From contig JBHLNS010000005.1 in the NCBI GenBank assembly GCA_048941285.1, positions 32,001 to 96,000 of the forward strand: a stretch of DNA of 64,000 nucleotides, written 5' to 3'. The position numbers were made by a program, and so were the translations under genes. The stretch's first letter is position 1. Each line of letters starts with the position of its first letter. Under the pieces are notes generated by a model. The model worked only from the letters and a program-made list of their open reading frames with translations. It was not told where the DNA came from and made no database searches. The DNA comes from Promethearchaeota archaeon. Lineage in GTDB: Archaea > Asgardarchaeota > Lokiarchaeia > Sigyniarchaeales > SOKP01. Below, one piece after another: positions 10,699 through 21,702 of this stretch.

Positions 10699-11623
10699 AA
10701 ATGTTTTAGAATTTACTATGAATGAAGAAATTTCTCAATTTTTACTAAATTTTTTTGAAACAAGTAAACTAAATCGCCTTCCAGATAAATATGGTGGAGA
10801 TATGATATTTTCTTCTCCTTTAATAGGTGTTGCCAGAGGAGATGACCCAATTTTTGACAGGTTCAAACAAATAATAGGATTAGAACACTTAACTCCAATA
10901 GAATTATGGTTATCAGAGGGATACGATACTTTACCAACTTCAAATCTACGAGTTATTTCAATTGTATTTCCATTTGATGATAAGATTCGAAAGGAGAGCA
11001 AGAATGTAGAAAAATTATTACGTGTAACTCTCCCTGCTGAGAAATATTGTATAGGGCGAAATTATGCAAATGCTTTTAAAGAGGAAGTATGTAGGCGAAT
11101 TATTGAATTTTTTAAATTCAAGGGGTATAGGGCAGTTGCTGCCATGCTAAGCAAGTCATTTAGCCTTATTTATAAAGAAAAAATCTATTCAACGTGGTCA
11201 GAACGTCATATAGCGTTTGCGACAGGTTTGGGAAGTTTTAGCTTACATGAAGGATTAATTACTGAGATTGGGTGTAATATAAGATTAGCTTCTGTTGTAA
11301 CCGATGCTTCATTAGAAATCACTCCAAGAAGAAATGAAAATCCTTATGCAAATTGCCTATATTATTCAAAAGGCACTTGTAGAAAATGCGAAGCGAGATG
11401 CCCTGCCAATGCAATTGATGAAAATGGTCATAATAAAATCAAATGTCAAGAATATGGTAAAAGAATAGAAAGAAAAATGATAAATCGTATTGGTTCATTT
11501 TTGAAACCTCATCAGCGTCGTATTAATTGGAAATTAAGACCCCCTAGTTTTCCAGTGGGATGTGCTTTTTGTCAATTTGAAGTACCATGTATGGATAAAA
11601 ATCCAATGGCTGTAAAAAGCTAA
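10685..11623 (+). CDS. epoxyqueuosine reductase/reductive dehalogenase-like 4Fe-4S protein
   Basis: WSERHIAFATGLG, RLASVVT, CxxCxxxCP and C-terminal CAFCQFEVPC. Confidence 0.7.
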   Translation: MKQNENVLEFTMNEEISQFLLNFFETSKLNRLPDKYGGDMIFSSPLIGVARGDDPIFDRFKQIIGLEHLTPIELWLSEGYDTLPTSNLRVISIVFPFDDKIRKESKNVEKLLRVTLPAEKYCIGRNYANAFKEEVCRRIIEFFKFKGYRAVAAMLSKSFSLIYKEKIYSTWSERHIAFATGLGSFSLHEGLITEIGCNIRLASVVTDASLEITPRRNENPYANCLYYSKGTCRKCEARCPANAIDENGHNKIKCQEYGKRIERKMINRIGSFLKPHQRRINWKLRPPSFPVGCAFCQFEVPCMDKNPMAVKS

Positions 11624-11643
11624 AAAAAAAAAAAATTTTGGAA

Positions 11644-12465
11644 TTAAGAATCTCCAAGGAAGTCGTCCATCACTTTAATATATTCATCTTTAGCCTCAAA
11701 ATTTACCATATGACCTATTTTCGGTGAGAATATTACTAACTTAGAATCAGGGATTAATTGATGCATTCTTTTTGATTCTTCAGGAAGGATAAAAATATCT
11801 TTATCACCTGTGAGGATTAGAGTTGGAACATAAATACTGTCGATTTTATCTTCAATATTATAATTATTAACTATAGAATTCATTGTCTTTATACCGACAA
11901 ATTCTTCATTTTCAAGGGTCTTTTCCACAAATTCCTTAATTAATAATGGATTTTTTCTTTGATACTTTCGATTGAAACATAGATTAATGAATATTGTTTC
12001 AATTACCTCACGATCCTTTATCCTCATTTTTCCTGCTCTTAGATCTTCAATGTACTGAACTAAGCCGGGATTTTTAAGTTTTGGTGCTGTAGCCATCAAT
12101 ATTAACTTTTCTAATCTGTTTGATAAACTGGGTGTAGTAGCATAAATTAAAGCAATCATTCCTCCCATACTATGTCCATGTAATATAATTTTTTCATCTC
12201 CTATTATTTTAGAAAGACTTTTTTCAAGATAATTAGCTAAATCTTTTAATTCATAATTTTCAGATTCAGGTTTATCACTTTTGCCATGGCCAAGATGATC
12301 GATTGCGATAACACGATAATTTTTGGAGAAATAATTTATAAGTTCTTCATATATCCATGAACTTCCTAAAAATCCATGTATATAAACAAGAATTTTTCCT
12401 TTTCCTTTATCTATATAATGAATTTTATATCCATTATCAAGTTCTATATAGGGCATAATAATCAT
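11644..12465 (-). CDS. alpha/beta hydrolase
   Basis: HGF, GHGKS, GHSMGG nucleophile elbow, C-terminal GH. Confidence 0.9.
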   Translation of the reverse strand: MIIMPYIELDNGYKIHYIDKGKGKILVYIHGFLGSSWIYEELINYFSKNYRVIAIDHLGHGKSDKPESENYELKDLANYLEKSLSKIIGDEKIILHGHSMGGMIALIYATTPSLSNRLEKLILMATAPKLKNPGLVQYIEDLRAGKMRIKDREVIETIFINLCFNRKYQRKNPLLIKEFVEKTLENEEFVGIKTMNSIVNNYNIEDKIDSIYVPTLILTGDKDIFILPEESKRMHQLIPDSKLVIFSPKIGHMVNFEAKDEYIKVMDDFLGDS

Positions 12466-12630
12466 TTCTGCATATTAGATAAATTCCTTTAATTTTGAAA
12501 TTCAATTATTTGGAACATTATCAAAAGATTGAATATAGTTCAATTATAAACTTTATAAAGATTTAATTAGTTCTTTGGGAATTGATTTATTATAGGAAAT
12601 TTCATTAATTAACTAAATTTATGCAACTCA

Positions 12631-14298
12631 ATGTCAACACACAGAAATGAATTAGATCCCAGAAAAGCATATGAAAGAGCCCTATTTCATGGTTGCGGTT
12701 ATTCTTACGAAGATTTACAGAAACCAAAGATAGCAATTGTTAATTCTTGGAATGAAATTAATCCAGGGCATATACATTTACGTAAATTAGCTGAATTTGC
12801 TAAAGAAGGTGTGATAGAAACTGGTGGTATCCCAATGGAATTTAATACGATTGCTTTATGTGATGGAATCGCTAATTCTGGAAATTATTCAAATTATGTA
12901 TTACCTTCGAGAGAAATAATTGCTGCATCAATAGAATCTTCAATTAAAGCATATGAATTTAAGGGGATGATAATGTTATGTTCCTGTGACAAAATTATAC
13001 CAGGAATGCTATTAGCAGCTGCAAGATGTAATATTCCAACAATTTTTTTAACAGGGGGTATTATGCGTCCTAAAACGTTTCAAGAGGGTTCATTAAAAGG
13101 AAAGACTTATGTTACTTCTGATATAAAAGAATCGATTGGAAAATTTAATGCAGGATTAATTACAAAAGAAGAATTGTATCTTATTGAATCAGAAACTTGT
13201 TGTTCTCCCGGAGCGTGTAATATGATGGGAACTGCAAATACAATGGCCTGTATTGTAGAAGCCATGGGACTTTCTTTGCCAAATTGTGCCACATTAAGCG
13301 CGGTAGCTAAGGAACGAGAAATAATTTGCAAAGAATCTGGAAAAATTATAATGAATTTAATTGAAAAGGATGTAAAAGCTTTAGATTTAATCACACACGA
13401 TTCAATAGAAAATGCTATTAAAGTTGCACTTTCTTTTGGTGGGTCAACTAATATGATACTTCATCTATGTGCATTATCGCATGAAATAGGTGGTAATTTA
13501 ACTCATTTTGATTTTGATAGAATTAGTAAGTCTGTACCATTATTAGCCAAATTCAAACCTAGTTCGGAGTATAATATCACAGAATTTCACGAAGCTGGTG
13601 GTGTTAAGGTTCTAATGAAAAAATTATTAAAATTGCTGAACTTATCTACTAAAACAGTCTTGGGTTTAACTCTTAAGGAATATCTTAAGGATATTGAATA
13701 TAATGATTACCAGATTATAAGGGAAATAAAAGATCCGATCTCAAATGAAGGATGTATTGCTGTTTTAAAAGGAAATTTGGCACCTGAGGGGGCTGTAGTT
13801 AAGCAGAGTGCTGTTAATCCAAAAATGAGATATCATAAAGGCCCCGCTAAAGTATTTGAATGCGAAGAAGATGTAGCTGGTGCTTTATTATCAAAAAAGA
13901 TTGAAGAAGGAGATGTTTTAGTTATAAGATACGAAGGTCCGAAAGGATCTCCAGGTATGAGAGAGTTATCAATTCCTGTAGCTATTTTAGTTGGTATGGG
14001 TTTAGGAGATTCAGTGGCAATGATAACTGATGGAAGATATTCTGGAGCTACAAGAGGTACTTGCATTGGTCATGTCTGTCCTGAAGCTATAGATGGAGGA
14101 CCTATAGCAATCATTCAAGATGGAGATTTAATCGAAATTGATATTAATAATCGACAATTAAACGTATTAATCTCTAATATTGAAATAGAAAGAAGATTAA
14201 AAGAATGGAAAAAACCTGAAGGAAAGATTGGGAAAGGTTTTTTAAATGCTTATAGGAAATTAGTAAGCTCTGCGAAATATGGAGCGTATTTACAATAA
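12631..14298 (+). CDS. ilvD: dihydroxy-acid dehydratase (IlvD/Edd family)
   Basis: [38 protein letters not shown] motifs. Confidence 0.9.
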   Translation: MSTHRNELDPRKAYERALFHGCGYSYEDLQKPKIAIVNSWNEINPGHIHLRKLAEFAKEGVIETGGIPMEFNTIALCDGIANSGNYSNYVLPSREIIAASIESSIKAYEFKGMIMLCSCDKIIPGMLLAAARCNIPTIFLTGGIMRPKTFQEGSLKGKTYVTSDIKESIGKFNAGLITKEELYLIESETCCSPGACNMMGTANTMACIVEAMGLSLPNCATLSAVAKEREIICKESGKIIMNLIEKDVKALDLITHDSIENAIKVALSFGGSTNMILHLCALSHEIGGNLTHFDFDRISKSVPLLAKFKPSSEYNITEFHEAGGVKVLMKKLLKLLNLSTKTVLGLTLKEYLKDIEYNDYQIIREIKDPISNEGCIAVLKGNLAPEGAVVKQSAVNPKMRYHKGPAKVFECEEDVAGALLSKKIEEGDVLVIRYEGPKGSPGMRELSIPVAILVGMGLGDSVAMITDGRYSGATRGTCIGHVCPEAIDGGPIAIIQDGDLIEIDINNRQLNVLISNIEIERRLKEWKKPEGKIGKGFLNAYRKLVSSAKYGAYLQ

Positions 14299-14309
14299 AT
14301 TTTTAAATT

Positions 14310-15482
14310 ATGATTGATAAACATCGAATATTGGAAAATTTAAATGAACTTTCTTTTCCAAGATTATCTGGAACCAAATTTGAGAAGAAGATATTCCTTA
14401 TTGTAAAGAAAAAAATAGAAGACCTAGATCTTCAACCAAGTTTTCAAGAATTCTCTTTTAGTACTTTTTTTTCAAGAATTTATCCAAAATTAGCTTTATC
14501 CTTATTAAGTTGGCTGCTTTTCATGCTATTTTTAAATTTAAATGTTATTTTTAACTTAGCAAACTTAAGTTTGATCTTGATGTTTATTTTAATATTGATC
14601 AAACTTACAAGGAATCCAGAGAAAATAAAAATAGGACACATATATCACTCTCAGAATTTATTTATAAAATTATCATCAAATAATAATACGAAGACCTCTG
14701 AAAACAATATTTTACTCTTTTCACACTTAGATTCAAAAGGACAAACATTCTCAATTAAATTCCGTATCCGAATTTATTACCTGTGGGTAAGCACTTTTCC
14801 TTTAGGGCTTTCAATTGCAATCTTGAATTTAATTTTATTACCCAATAATTACTTATTATTACAAATTTTGGGAAATTTGATTATATATTTGAATATTATA
14901 GCTACAATTATGCTTTGGACAAATAGAACTAATAATAAATCAAAGGGAGCAATAGATAATGCTTCTGGAATATGTTGCCTTTTAGAATTGCTAAACTATT
15001 TTTCTGATCAAAATAACATGCCAAAGAATTATAATTTGTGGTTTGTATTTACTGGTGCTGAAGAATCTGGTACTATGGGCGTAAGAAATTTCTATCAATA
15101 TATAAGAGATTTTGACAGAAACACAACGTTTATATCTAATTTCGATTCATTTGCTAATAAAATAAATTTATGGGATCATGGTCTTCTTAATAATAAAAAT
15201 TATAAAGCTCTCAATTATATCTTAGAAAATGAAGATATAATGATTTTGGAGAATAAAACTCATCGATTTTATATTGGTTTATATAGTGATGGATTATTTC
15301 TTTACAATAAAAACTTCAAAGGACTAGGTACTGGCGATAGAAGCGTTCATAGTTATGTACATTCTATTCATGATGATGTAGATAAAATAGATATTAAAAT
15401 TCTGAAAAAATTGTGTGAGTTTTATACGATTTTATTAACTGAAGTTGATAGTAATATAAAAAATGCTGAGAGTGTGGATTAA
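14310..15482 (+). CDS. membrane-embedded M28 family peptidase
   Basis: SHLDSK, GAIDNASG, GAEESG, HS motifs; TM insertions. Confidence 0.8.
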   Translation: MIDKHRILENLNELSFPRLSGTKFEKKIFLIVKKKIEDLDLQPSFQEFSFSTFFSRIYPKLALSLLSWLLFMLFLNLNVIFNLANLSLILMFILILIKLTRNPEKIKIGHIYHSQNLFIKLSSNNNTKTSENNILLFSHLDSKGQTFSIKFRIRIYYLWVSTFPLGLSIAILNLILLPNNYLLLQILGNLIIYLNIIATIMLWTNRTNNKSKGAIDNASGICCLLELLNYFSDQNNMPKNYNLWFVFTGAEESGTMGVRNFYQYIRDFDRNTTFISNFDSFANKINLWDHGLLNNKNYKALNYILENEDIMILENKTHRFYIGLYSDGLFLYNKNFKGLGTGDRSVHSYVHSIHDDVDKIDIKILKKLCEFYTILLTEVDSNIKNAESVD

Positions 15483-15484
15483 AA

Positions 15485-17023
15485 ATTGAATTCAAGAATA
15501 AGGACTTAGGGGTAGTTCTAACACCTCCAAAAACAGTAGAATATATAATATCAAGATTAGGGGAGATCAAAGAGGGACAAATTATTTTAGATCCATGTGT
15601 TGGGCCAGGTATCTTCATTAAAAAACTACTAGAAACCGGAATTGATAAAAATCAAATTTTTGCTTATGATATAAATCCAAGTTTCTTAAGTGACATTGAA
15701 AAGTTGGGAATCTCAACTAAATTACAGGACACTTTGATATCAATATACCCAGATTCTTATAATAAATTTGATTTTATTGTAGGAAATCCGCCATATCTAA
15801 ATAAAGCTAGTGCTTATGTTCGAAAAAACAAAATAAAATTAAGAAAAATCTATGGTAGGATAAATGCTCATGAAACATATGCTATGTTTATTATAAATAG
15901 CATTTGGAGATTAAAGGAAGGAGGAAAATTAGGTTTTATAACAAGCGATTCCTTCTTAACGTTAAGTACTCATAAAAAGCTAAGGAAATTTATCCTTAAT
16001 AATTGTAAAATAAATGAAATTCTATTCGCGCCCAAAAATTTGTTTTCTAATCAAAATGTAAGTACAAGTCCAGTCATTATTATTTTAACGAAATGCCCAG
16101 GACAGAAAAATGTAAAGATGAGAGAAAATACTATAATGAGAATAATTCCTAGAATAGAAAGTGAAGATGATTATAATTCTCCTAAGATTATTAATAAAAT
16201 AATTCAAAAAAAATATAATTCTTTACCTTATAACATATTTTATATTGATGTTGAGGAAGAAGTCATTAATTTATTCGAAGAAGGGGTTAAATTGGAAAAA
16301 TTCTTGAAGGGTTTTATAGGAATGCATACCCATAATAACAGAAAATATGTAGCTGCTATTGAAGGTACCGAACTTGCCGAAATTTTTAAAAAAAGAAATA
16401 CAAAAGTTAGTGATTCAAACAAAAAACACAAGATAATTAAAGAAGAAAATTTAAAATCAGGTAATTGGTGCCCCTATTTAAAACGTGGTGGTGCGGATCA
16501 ATATTATCGCCCCATTATGGAAGCGTTAGATTGGAATAAAGAATCAATATCTAATTATGATATTCCGAAAAATGTCCCATTTAAGGAAGAAGGGATAGTT
16601 ATAAGTGGTGTTAGTTCAAATTTGGCAGCACGCTATATGCCAAGAGGGTGTTATTGGGATTCAAACAAAGCAATTGGTTTTATAACTAAAAATGATTCAA
16701 TCTCAATTCTCTACATGTTAGGCCTATTAAATAGTTCTTTATATAACTACCTCGCTAAAGGAATTATTAATAATACTAATAGTATTCAGATTACTGGAAT
16801 TCATGCTTTGCCTTTTATTGAGCCAGAAAAAGAAATTAAAGAAGAAATAGAAAACTTAGTTTTTTCAATTATTAAAAATAAAAAGAAAAATTTAGAGTAT
16901 AATTATATTAAAGAACAAAAAATGATTGATGATATAATATTTCGCTATTATGCTGAAAGATTTAAACTATCTAGTGATTTAAAGAAAAAATTAAATAATA
17001 AATATTCAATTTATCGAAATTAA
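15485..17023 (+). CDS. N6-adenine DNA methyltransferase (TaqI/Eco57I-like); probable ATT start upstream of the ORF-track start
   Basis: Frame is open from 15470. The upstream part encodes GVVLTPP and motif I LDPCVGPGIF; motif IV VGNPPY lies after 15704; C-terminal LLNS target-recognition region. Confidence 0.82.
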   Translation: MEFKNKDLGVVLTPPKTVEYIISRLGEIKEGQIILDPCVGPGIFIKKLLETGIDKNQIFAYDINPSFLSDIEKLGISTKLQDTLISIYPDSYNKFDFIVGNPPYLNKASAYVRKNKIKLRKIYGRINAHETYAMFIINSIWRLKEGGKLGFITSDSFLTLSTHKKLRKFILNNCKINEILFAPKNLFSNQNVSTSPVIIILTKCPGQKNVKMRENTIMRIIPRIESEDDYNSPKIINKIIQKKYNSLPYNIFYIDVEEEVINLFEEGVKLEKFLKGFIGMHTHNNRKYVAAIEGTELAEIFKKRNTKVSDSNKKHKIIKEENLKSGNWCPYLKRGGADQYYRPIMEALDWNKESISNYDIPKNVPFKEEGIVISGVSSNLAARYMPRGCYWDSNKAIGFITKNDSISILYMLGLLNSSLYNYLAKGIINNTNSIQITGIHALPFIEPEKEIKEEIENLVFSIIKNKKKNLEYNYIKEQKMIDDIIFRYYAERFKLSSDLKKKLNNKYSIYRN

Positions 17024-18837
17024 ATTTTTTCTCCCTTAATTTCTTCCTCATATTTTTTCCTTTTACTTGTTAGATAATCTGGAATGGGAACATCCCACCA
17101 TCCCATTGCTGGGGATCCAGTGTAAGGATATTCCCTTTGAACTTTTATTTCTATGACTGCTGGCTTTTTCGATTTTGCAGCTTTTTCTAAAGCAGGAATA
17201 ATTTCTTCTTTTTTGGAAATTTGTTCAGCATAACACCCAAATGCTTCTCCAATTCGAGCAAAATCAGGAGAGTAACTTTTACCATATTGATCTTCAAAAG
17301 TAGTTCCATACCCTCGATCTTCTCCAAAAGCAGCTTGTTGTAAATCCTTAATCGCAATCCACCCATGATTGTTAAGCACAATAAAGAAAATATTTTTCAA
17401 TCCAAGTTGTACTGCCATAGATAATTCGGAAATGGTCATCATGAAATCTCCATCTCCAACAAGAGCAACCACTTGTTGATTTGGATTACCAATATCAATA
17501 ACACCTAACTTAGCCCCGATGGCCGCGGGAACACTATATCCCATGGTTGAAAAACCACCTGCGGTAAGACATGTTTTAGGTTTAAAAAATTCTAATTCCT
17601 GGAGCATCTGAGCTTGTACATTTCCAGAACTAGTAACAATAATTGTATCTTTTTCAAAAAACTTTCTAATTTCTTTTAATACAGTAGAAATCATTACTGG
17701 AACTTTAGTATCATCCCGATAATCTTCAAGAAATTTAAACCATTTATTTTTCTCTTCTTGAATTTCTTTAAAATAATCAGAGCTCTTATAATCCCTTGAA
17801 TAATCGGATAATTCTTCTAAAATTTGAATTAAACAAGCTTTAGCATCTCCAACGATACCTACACTAATGGGGTAATTTTTTCCAATTTCGTGAGGGTCTA
17901 TATCTATATGAATCAATTTCGTTGGCGGAATCGAAAAACTAACTCCTTCTTTATATGAACTCGCAGTTTCATCTGCAAATCTACAACCAACTGCGATAAT
18001 AACATCAGCATTAGAGGTCATTTTCAATCCTACTGTCGTACCTTTCGAACCCGCTGACCAGCAATAAAGCGGATGAGTATTATCTATAATATCCTTTCCC
18101 ATCATAGTAACCACTACAGCTGCCCCGACTTTTTCAGCTAATTCTTTAACTTCTTCACTAGCATTTGACGTGATTGCGCCTCCACCAATAAATAAAACTG
18201 GTCTTTTGGAATCCTTAATTAACTGTGCTGCTTTCTTTATAATCTCAGGATCTCCCCTTATACGTCCAATTGATCTTCTTTCTAAGGGTTCTGGAATTTG
18301 TATTTCGATAGCTTTCGCTTGGACATCCATAGGAAGATCGATATGAACAGGTCCTCTTCTTCCGGTTAACATTATATTAAAAGCTCTTTGGATAATTGTT
18401 GGTAATTGCTCTACAGTATCGACTTCGAAACTGCGTTTTACAATGGGTTCTAGAATTTTAGGCATACTAGAATCCTTTTTTCTTTCAATTTCTTGTAATA
18501 CACCCTTCCCTCTCATATGAACATGTGTATCTCCAGTTATGACAAGACAAGGAAAAGAATCTACAAAGGCATCGGCAACACCGATTGCTGTATTAATTGC
18601 GCCAGGTCCGATTGATGTAAAAACGCATTGAGGTTGTCCGGTAATTCTATAATACCCCACAGCTAGATGAACCCCGGACATTTCTTGTTTAGGTTGGATT
18701 AATTGAATTTTATCTTTGTCTCTGAAGAATGCATCTACGAGAGGCAGATTTCCGTGGCCAGGAATTCCAATCACATATTTTACTCCTTCCTTTATTAAAT
18801 ATTTGGAGATTATCTCCCCACCAGTATATTTAGGCAT
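17020..18837 (-). CDS. TPP-dependent enzyme, acetolactate synthase large subunit-like
   Basis: GIPG, SIGPGAIN, TMGY, GDGDF...NN TPP-binding motif. Confidence 0.85.
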   Translation of the reverse strand: MPKYTGGEIISKYLIKEGVKYVIGIPGHGNLPLVDAFFRDKDKIQLIQPKQEMSGVHLAVGYYRITGQPQCVFTSIGPGAINTAIGVADAFVDSFPCLVITGDTHVHMRGKGVLQEIERKKDSSMPKILEPIVKRSFEVDTVEQLPTIIQRAFNIMLTGRRGPVHIDLPMDVQAKAIEIQIPEPLERRSIGRIRGDPEIIKKAAQLIKDSKRPVLFIGGGAITSNASEEVKELAEKVGAAVVVTMMGKDIIDNTHPLYCWSAGSKGTTVGLKMTSNADVIIAVGCRFADETASSYKEGVSFSIPPTKLIHIDIDPHEIGKNYPISVGIVGDAKACLIQILEELSDYSRDYKSSDYFKEIQEEKNKWFKFLEDYRDDTKVPVMISTVLKEIRKFFEKDTIIVTSSGNVQAQMLQELEFFKPKTCLTAGGFSTMGYSVPAAIGAKLGVIDIGNPNQQVVALVGDGDFMMTISELSMAVQLGLKNIFFIVLNNHGWIAIKDLQQAAFGEDRGYGTTFEDQYGKSYSPDFARIGEAFGCYAEQISKKEEIIPALEKAAKSKKPAVIEIKVQREYPYTGSPAMGWWDVPIPDYLTSKRKKYEEEIKGEKI

Positions 18838-19044
18838 TTTAGATTCTTTTAAATTTGTTTATTTTTATTAAATATAATCTGATAAAATAAAAATAGATTT
18901 AAGTTTGTTTATAAGTGGGATTTTTGATTAGATTATTTATTATGCATATAGAATTATTTTAAAAATTCTATATCCCCCTCCTTTTATAAGTTAAATATCA
19001 AGATTTAAACTTATATACCTAATTAGGTATTTTATTATACTTAG

Positions 19045-20346
19045 TTGATGGGTAAAGTGCCTTCTGTTTTAGAAAAGATACGTATTTTAGGAGAAAATTC
19101 AAAATATGATATATGTGCTAGCACAGCATCCAGTCGTACCGATAAATACCCAAAACTTTTTGAAGAATCAAAAAAATGGATTGGGGCTACTGAAAGCGGG
19201 GGTATTTGTCATAGCTATACTCCTGATGGGCGATGTATGAGTCTTTTTAAAACTCTTTATACAAATAAATGTATATATAATTGTAAATACTGTTTTTCTC
19301 ATAATTGCAAGAAAAAATTGAGCTTTACACCAGAAGAATATGCACGTACATTTATGAAACTCTATTCAATGAATGTAGCTGAGGGTGTATTCATATCATC
19401 AGGAGTGTGTGGTAGCGCGGATGCAACAACAGAAGAAATGTTGGAAGCAATTCGGCTTCTTCGATTCAAATATAAATTTCAAGGGTATGTACATTTTAAG
19501 TGTCTACCAGGTGTAAGTCAATCTCTCCTTAAAGAGGCGGTTACTCTTTCTGATCGCATTTCAATAAATATGGAAGCTTCTTCTAAAACCCATCTCGCTG
19601 AGATTGCTGATCAAAAAGATTTTTATAATGATATAATAACTCGTCAGAGGTGGCTAAAGCAGATTCGGACTACACATAATGAAGAAACAATTAAACTCAT
19701 GAAAGATTTAAAGCAAGATAAAAAGCTAAAATTCCAAGAGAAAATGATTAAAGATCGACGAGAAAATGGGTATAAAAAATTTAGGTGGGATGGAGCACCT
19801 ATACTTAATAGTGGGCAAACAACTCAATTTGTATTAGGAGCTGCTGAAAATGAAACTGATTATGAACTACTTAAACGGATAGACTGGGGATATAAACAGA
19901 TTGATCTAAGAAGAGCATACTTCTCATCATTTATACCTATTGAGGGGACTCCTTTAAGCAGTAAACAAGCAGCACCGTTAGCCAGAGAACATCAACTATA
20001 TCAAAGCGATTGGTTATTACGAATTTATCATTATAGACTACAGGATCTTAAGGATATATTAAACGATGAAGGAAATTTACCATATGGTGATCCAAAAATG
20101 CACTTAGCGCGCAAATATTTTAAGGAACATAATCGTGTAAATCCTAATGAAGCATCTTATCATGAATTGTTAAAAGTTCCAGGAATTGGTCCAATTTCAG
20201 CAAAACGAATAATAAACTTAAGAGCTAAAAAATTTGTATTTAGGAAAAGAAAGGATCTTCAATCTGTTGGTGTTATATTAAAACGAGCAGACCCTTTTCT
20301 TAAAATTAACGGGAATTTACAAACAACGCTTCAAAAATTTTCATAA
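19045..20346 (+). CDS. putative DNA modification/repair radical SAM protein with helix-hairpin-helix
   Basis: KYDICAS, GICHSYTPDGRC, CIYNCKYC, REHQLYQSDWLLR, KVPGIG HhH. Confidence 0.88.
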   Translation: MMGKVPSVLEKIRILGENSKYDICASTASSRTDKYPKLFEESKKWIGATESGGICHSYTPDGRCMSLFKTLYTNKCIYNCKYCFSHNCKKKLSFTPEEYARTFMKLYSMNVAEGVFISSGVCGSADATTEEMLEAIRLLRFKYKFQGYVHFKCLPGVSQSLLKEAVTLSDRISINMEASSKTHLAEIADQKDFYNDIITRQRWLKQIRTTHNEETIKLMKDLKQDKKLKFQEKMIKDRRENGYKKFRWDGAPILNSGQTTQFVLGAAENETDYELLKRIDWGYKQIDLRRAYFSSFIPIEGTPLSSKQAAPLAREHQLYQSDWLLRIYHYRLQDLKDILNDEGNLPYGDPKMHLARKYFKEHNRVNPNEASYHELLKVPGIGPISAKRIINLRAKKFVFRKRKDLQSVGVILKRADPFLKINGNLQTTLQKFS

Positions 20347-20374
20347 TTATATCTATAACATTAAGCTAAAAGCC

Positions 20375-21034
20375 ATGAAAAATAATTGTAAAAAAGATCC
20401 AATGGAAGTTATAGGAAGAGCTAAAGGATTTTCTCACGAAGAAATAATTCAAAATTTATCACGTCATAAAGATTTTTCTCCTTATCTTATTTCACAGGTA
20501 AAAAAAATACCAGAAGTAATTTTTCGTAATTCAGGATCATTATTTGCTAAAAAAATTAATCGAATGATGCGAGAAATCGGAACTGAAGCTTATCGTGCAA
20601 AACAATTCACTCGTACTGGAATTAATAATCGTGGCGTGTTGCATGGTGTGGTTTTACTTAGACATAGAGTCATGGATAGAGTTTTACACTACTTTCATGA
20701 AAGATGGCCACAATGTATAATATGTTTATATAATGAACATGATAAAAAGACTAGTATTATCAATGAAAGAGGAAAAATACATGAAATGGAATTATCACTA
20801 AAAGAAGTAGTTAGAAAAGTAAGCAAAAATAGGCCAATAGTTCCATATTTCGAAGATATCCAATTTTCTGGCGAAAAAATATTTGAAACTTTATATAATT
20901 CTCAGTTCATTTCTGAAAGAGAAAATCGTGAATTCTTCAAAAATATGATTCCAGATAAGTGTTTTGAACTACCAGGGATGAGAGGTGGTGTAGAAAAGCG
21001 TTTTCGAAATAAAAAAATTAATGATTATCTATAG
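20375..21034 (+). CDS. DUF4130-like partner of the radical SAM protein
   Basis: EAYRAKQFTR, HFxxRW, ERENxxxxxxMIP pattern, and the typical position downstream of this radical SAM family. Confidence 0.65.
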   Translation: MKNNCKKDPMEVIGRAKGFSHEEIIQNLSRHKDFSPYLISQVKKIPEVIFRNSGSLFAKKINRMMREIGTEAYRAKQFTRTGINNRGVLHGVVLLRHRVMDRVLHYFHERWPQCIICLYNEHDKKTSIINERGKIHEMELSLKEVVRKVSKNRPIVPYFEDIQFSGEKIFETLYNSQFISERENREFFKNMIPDKCFELPGMRGGVEKRFRNKKINDYL

Positions 21035-21140
21035 AATCATAAGATTTCAATGAGTAGTTATTTTATGGATTAATAAGTTTTGCTTTGCTAAGTCAAATCT
21101 AAGAGATTTGTCCTAGATTAATTTTATAAATTTTTACTAA

Positions 21141-21617
21141 TTAGGTAGGTTTTCTTTCCCAAATTTTTATCGATTCAAAAATAAATACAAAAGTGCTAAA
21201 AATCAGGAAAAATAATAAAAGTAAACTCCCTGGATTGGTAATAAACACATCACCATATATAAAAGCTAGAAATACGTATCCTACAACCCCCAGAATATTA
21301 ACAATTAAGTATAAAGAATATCGGGGGATCATAAAAGGTCCTAAGCGAAAAAAGAAACCTAATACACCTTTTTTTACATCTTCTTTCACATAATATTTAC
21401 CATCTTCATCATTTTTGGAAATTATCCCTGCCTTCATCAATTTATTTAATTGATAAGCTACCGTTCCAGAAGACAGTATTTTTAATGCCTTCTGAATTTC
21501 CCTAACTCCCGCGCGATTATGTGTCATAATATACCAATATACTTGGAGACTCCTACCTTGCAATACTTTTTTCCGATTACCTTCAATATTATTTGTTTCC
21601 ATATCAGGATCTGACAT
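21141..21617 (-). CDS. membrane-anchored winged-helix transcription regulator
   Basis: GVREIQKALxxxSxGTVAYQLNKL wHTH followed by two TM helices. Confidence 0.75.
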   Translation of the reverse strand: MSDPDMETNNIEGNRKKVLQGRSLQVYWYIMTHNRAGVREIQKALKILSSGTVAYQLNKLMKAGIISKNDEDGKYYVKEDVKKGVLGFFFRLGPFMIPRYSLYLIVNILGVVGYVFLAFIYGDVFITNPGSLLLLFFLIFSTFVFIFESIKIWERKPT

Positions 21618-21702
21618 TGTAAAGTAAAGTTCTATTTTTTTGATTTCGAGGACCTATATATAATTGTAAGTCCTTGCTTTTTATACTTTCTTCCTCTTCG
21701 TG

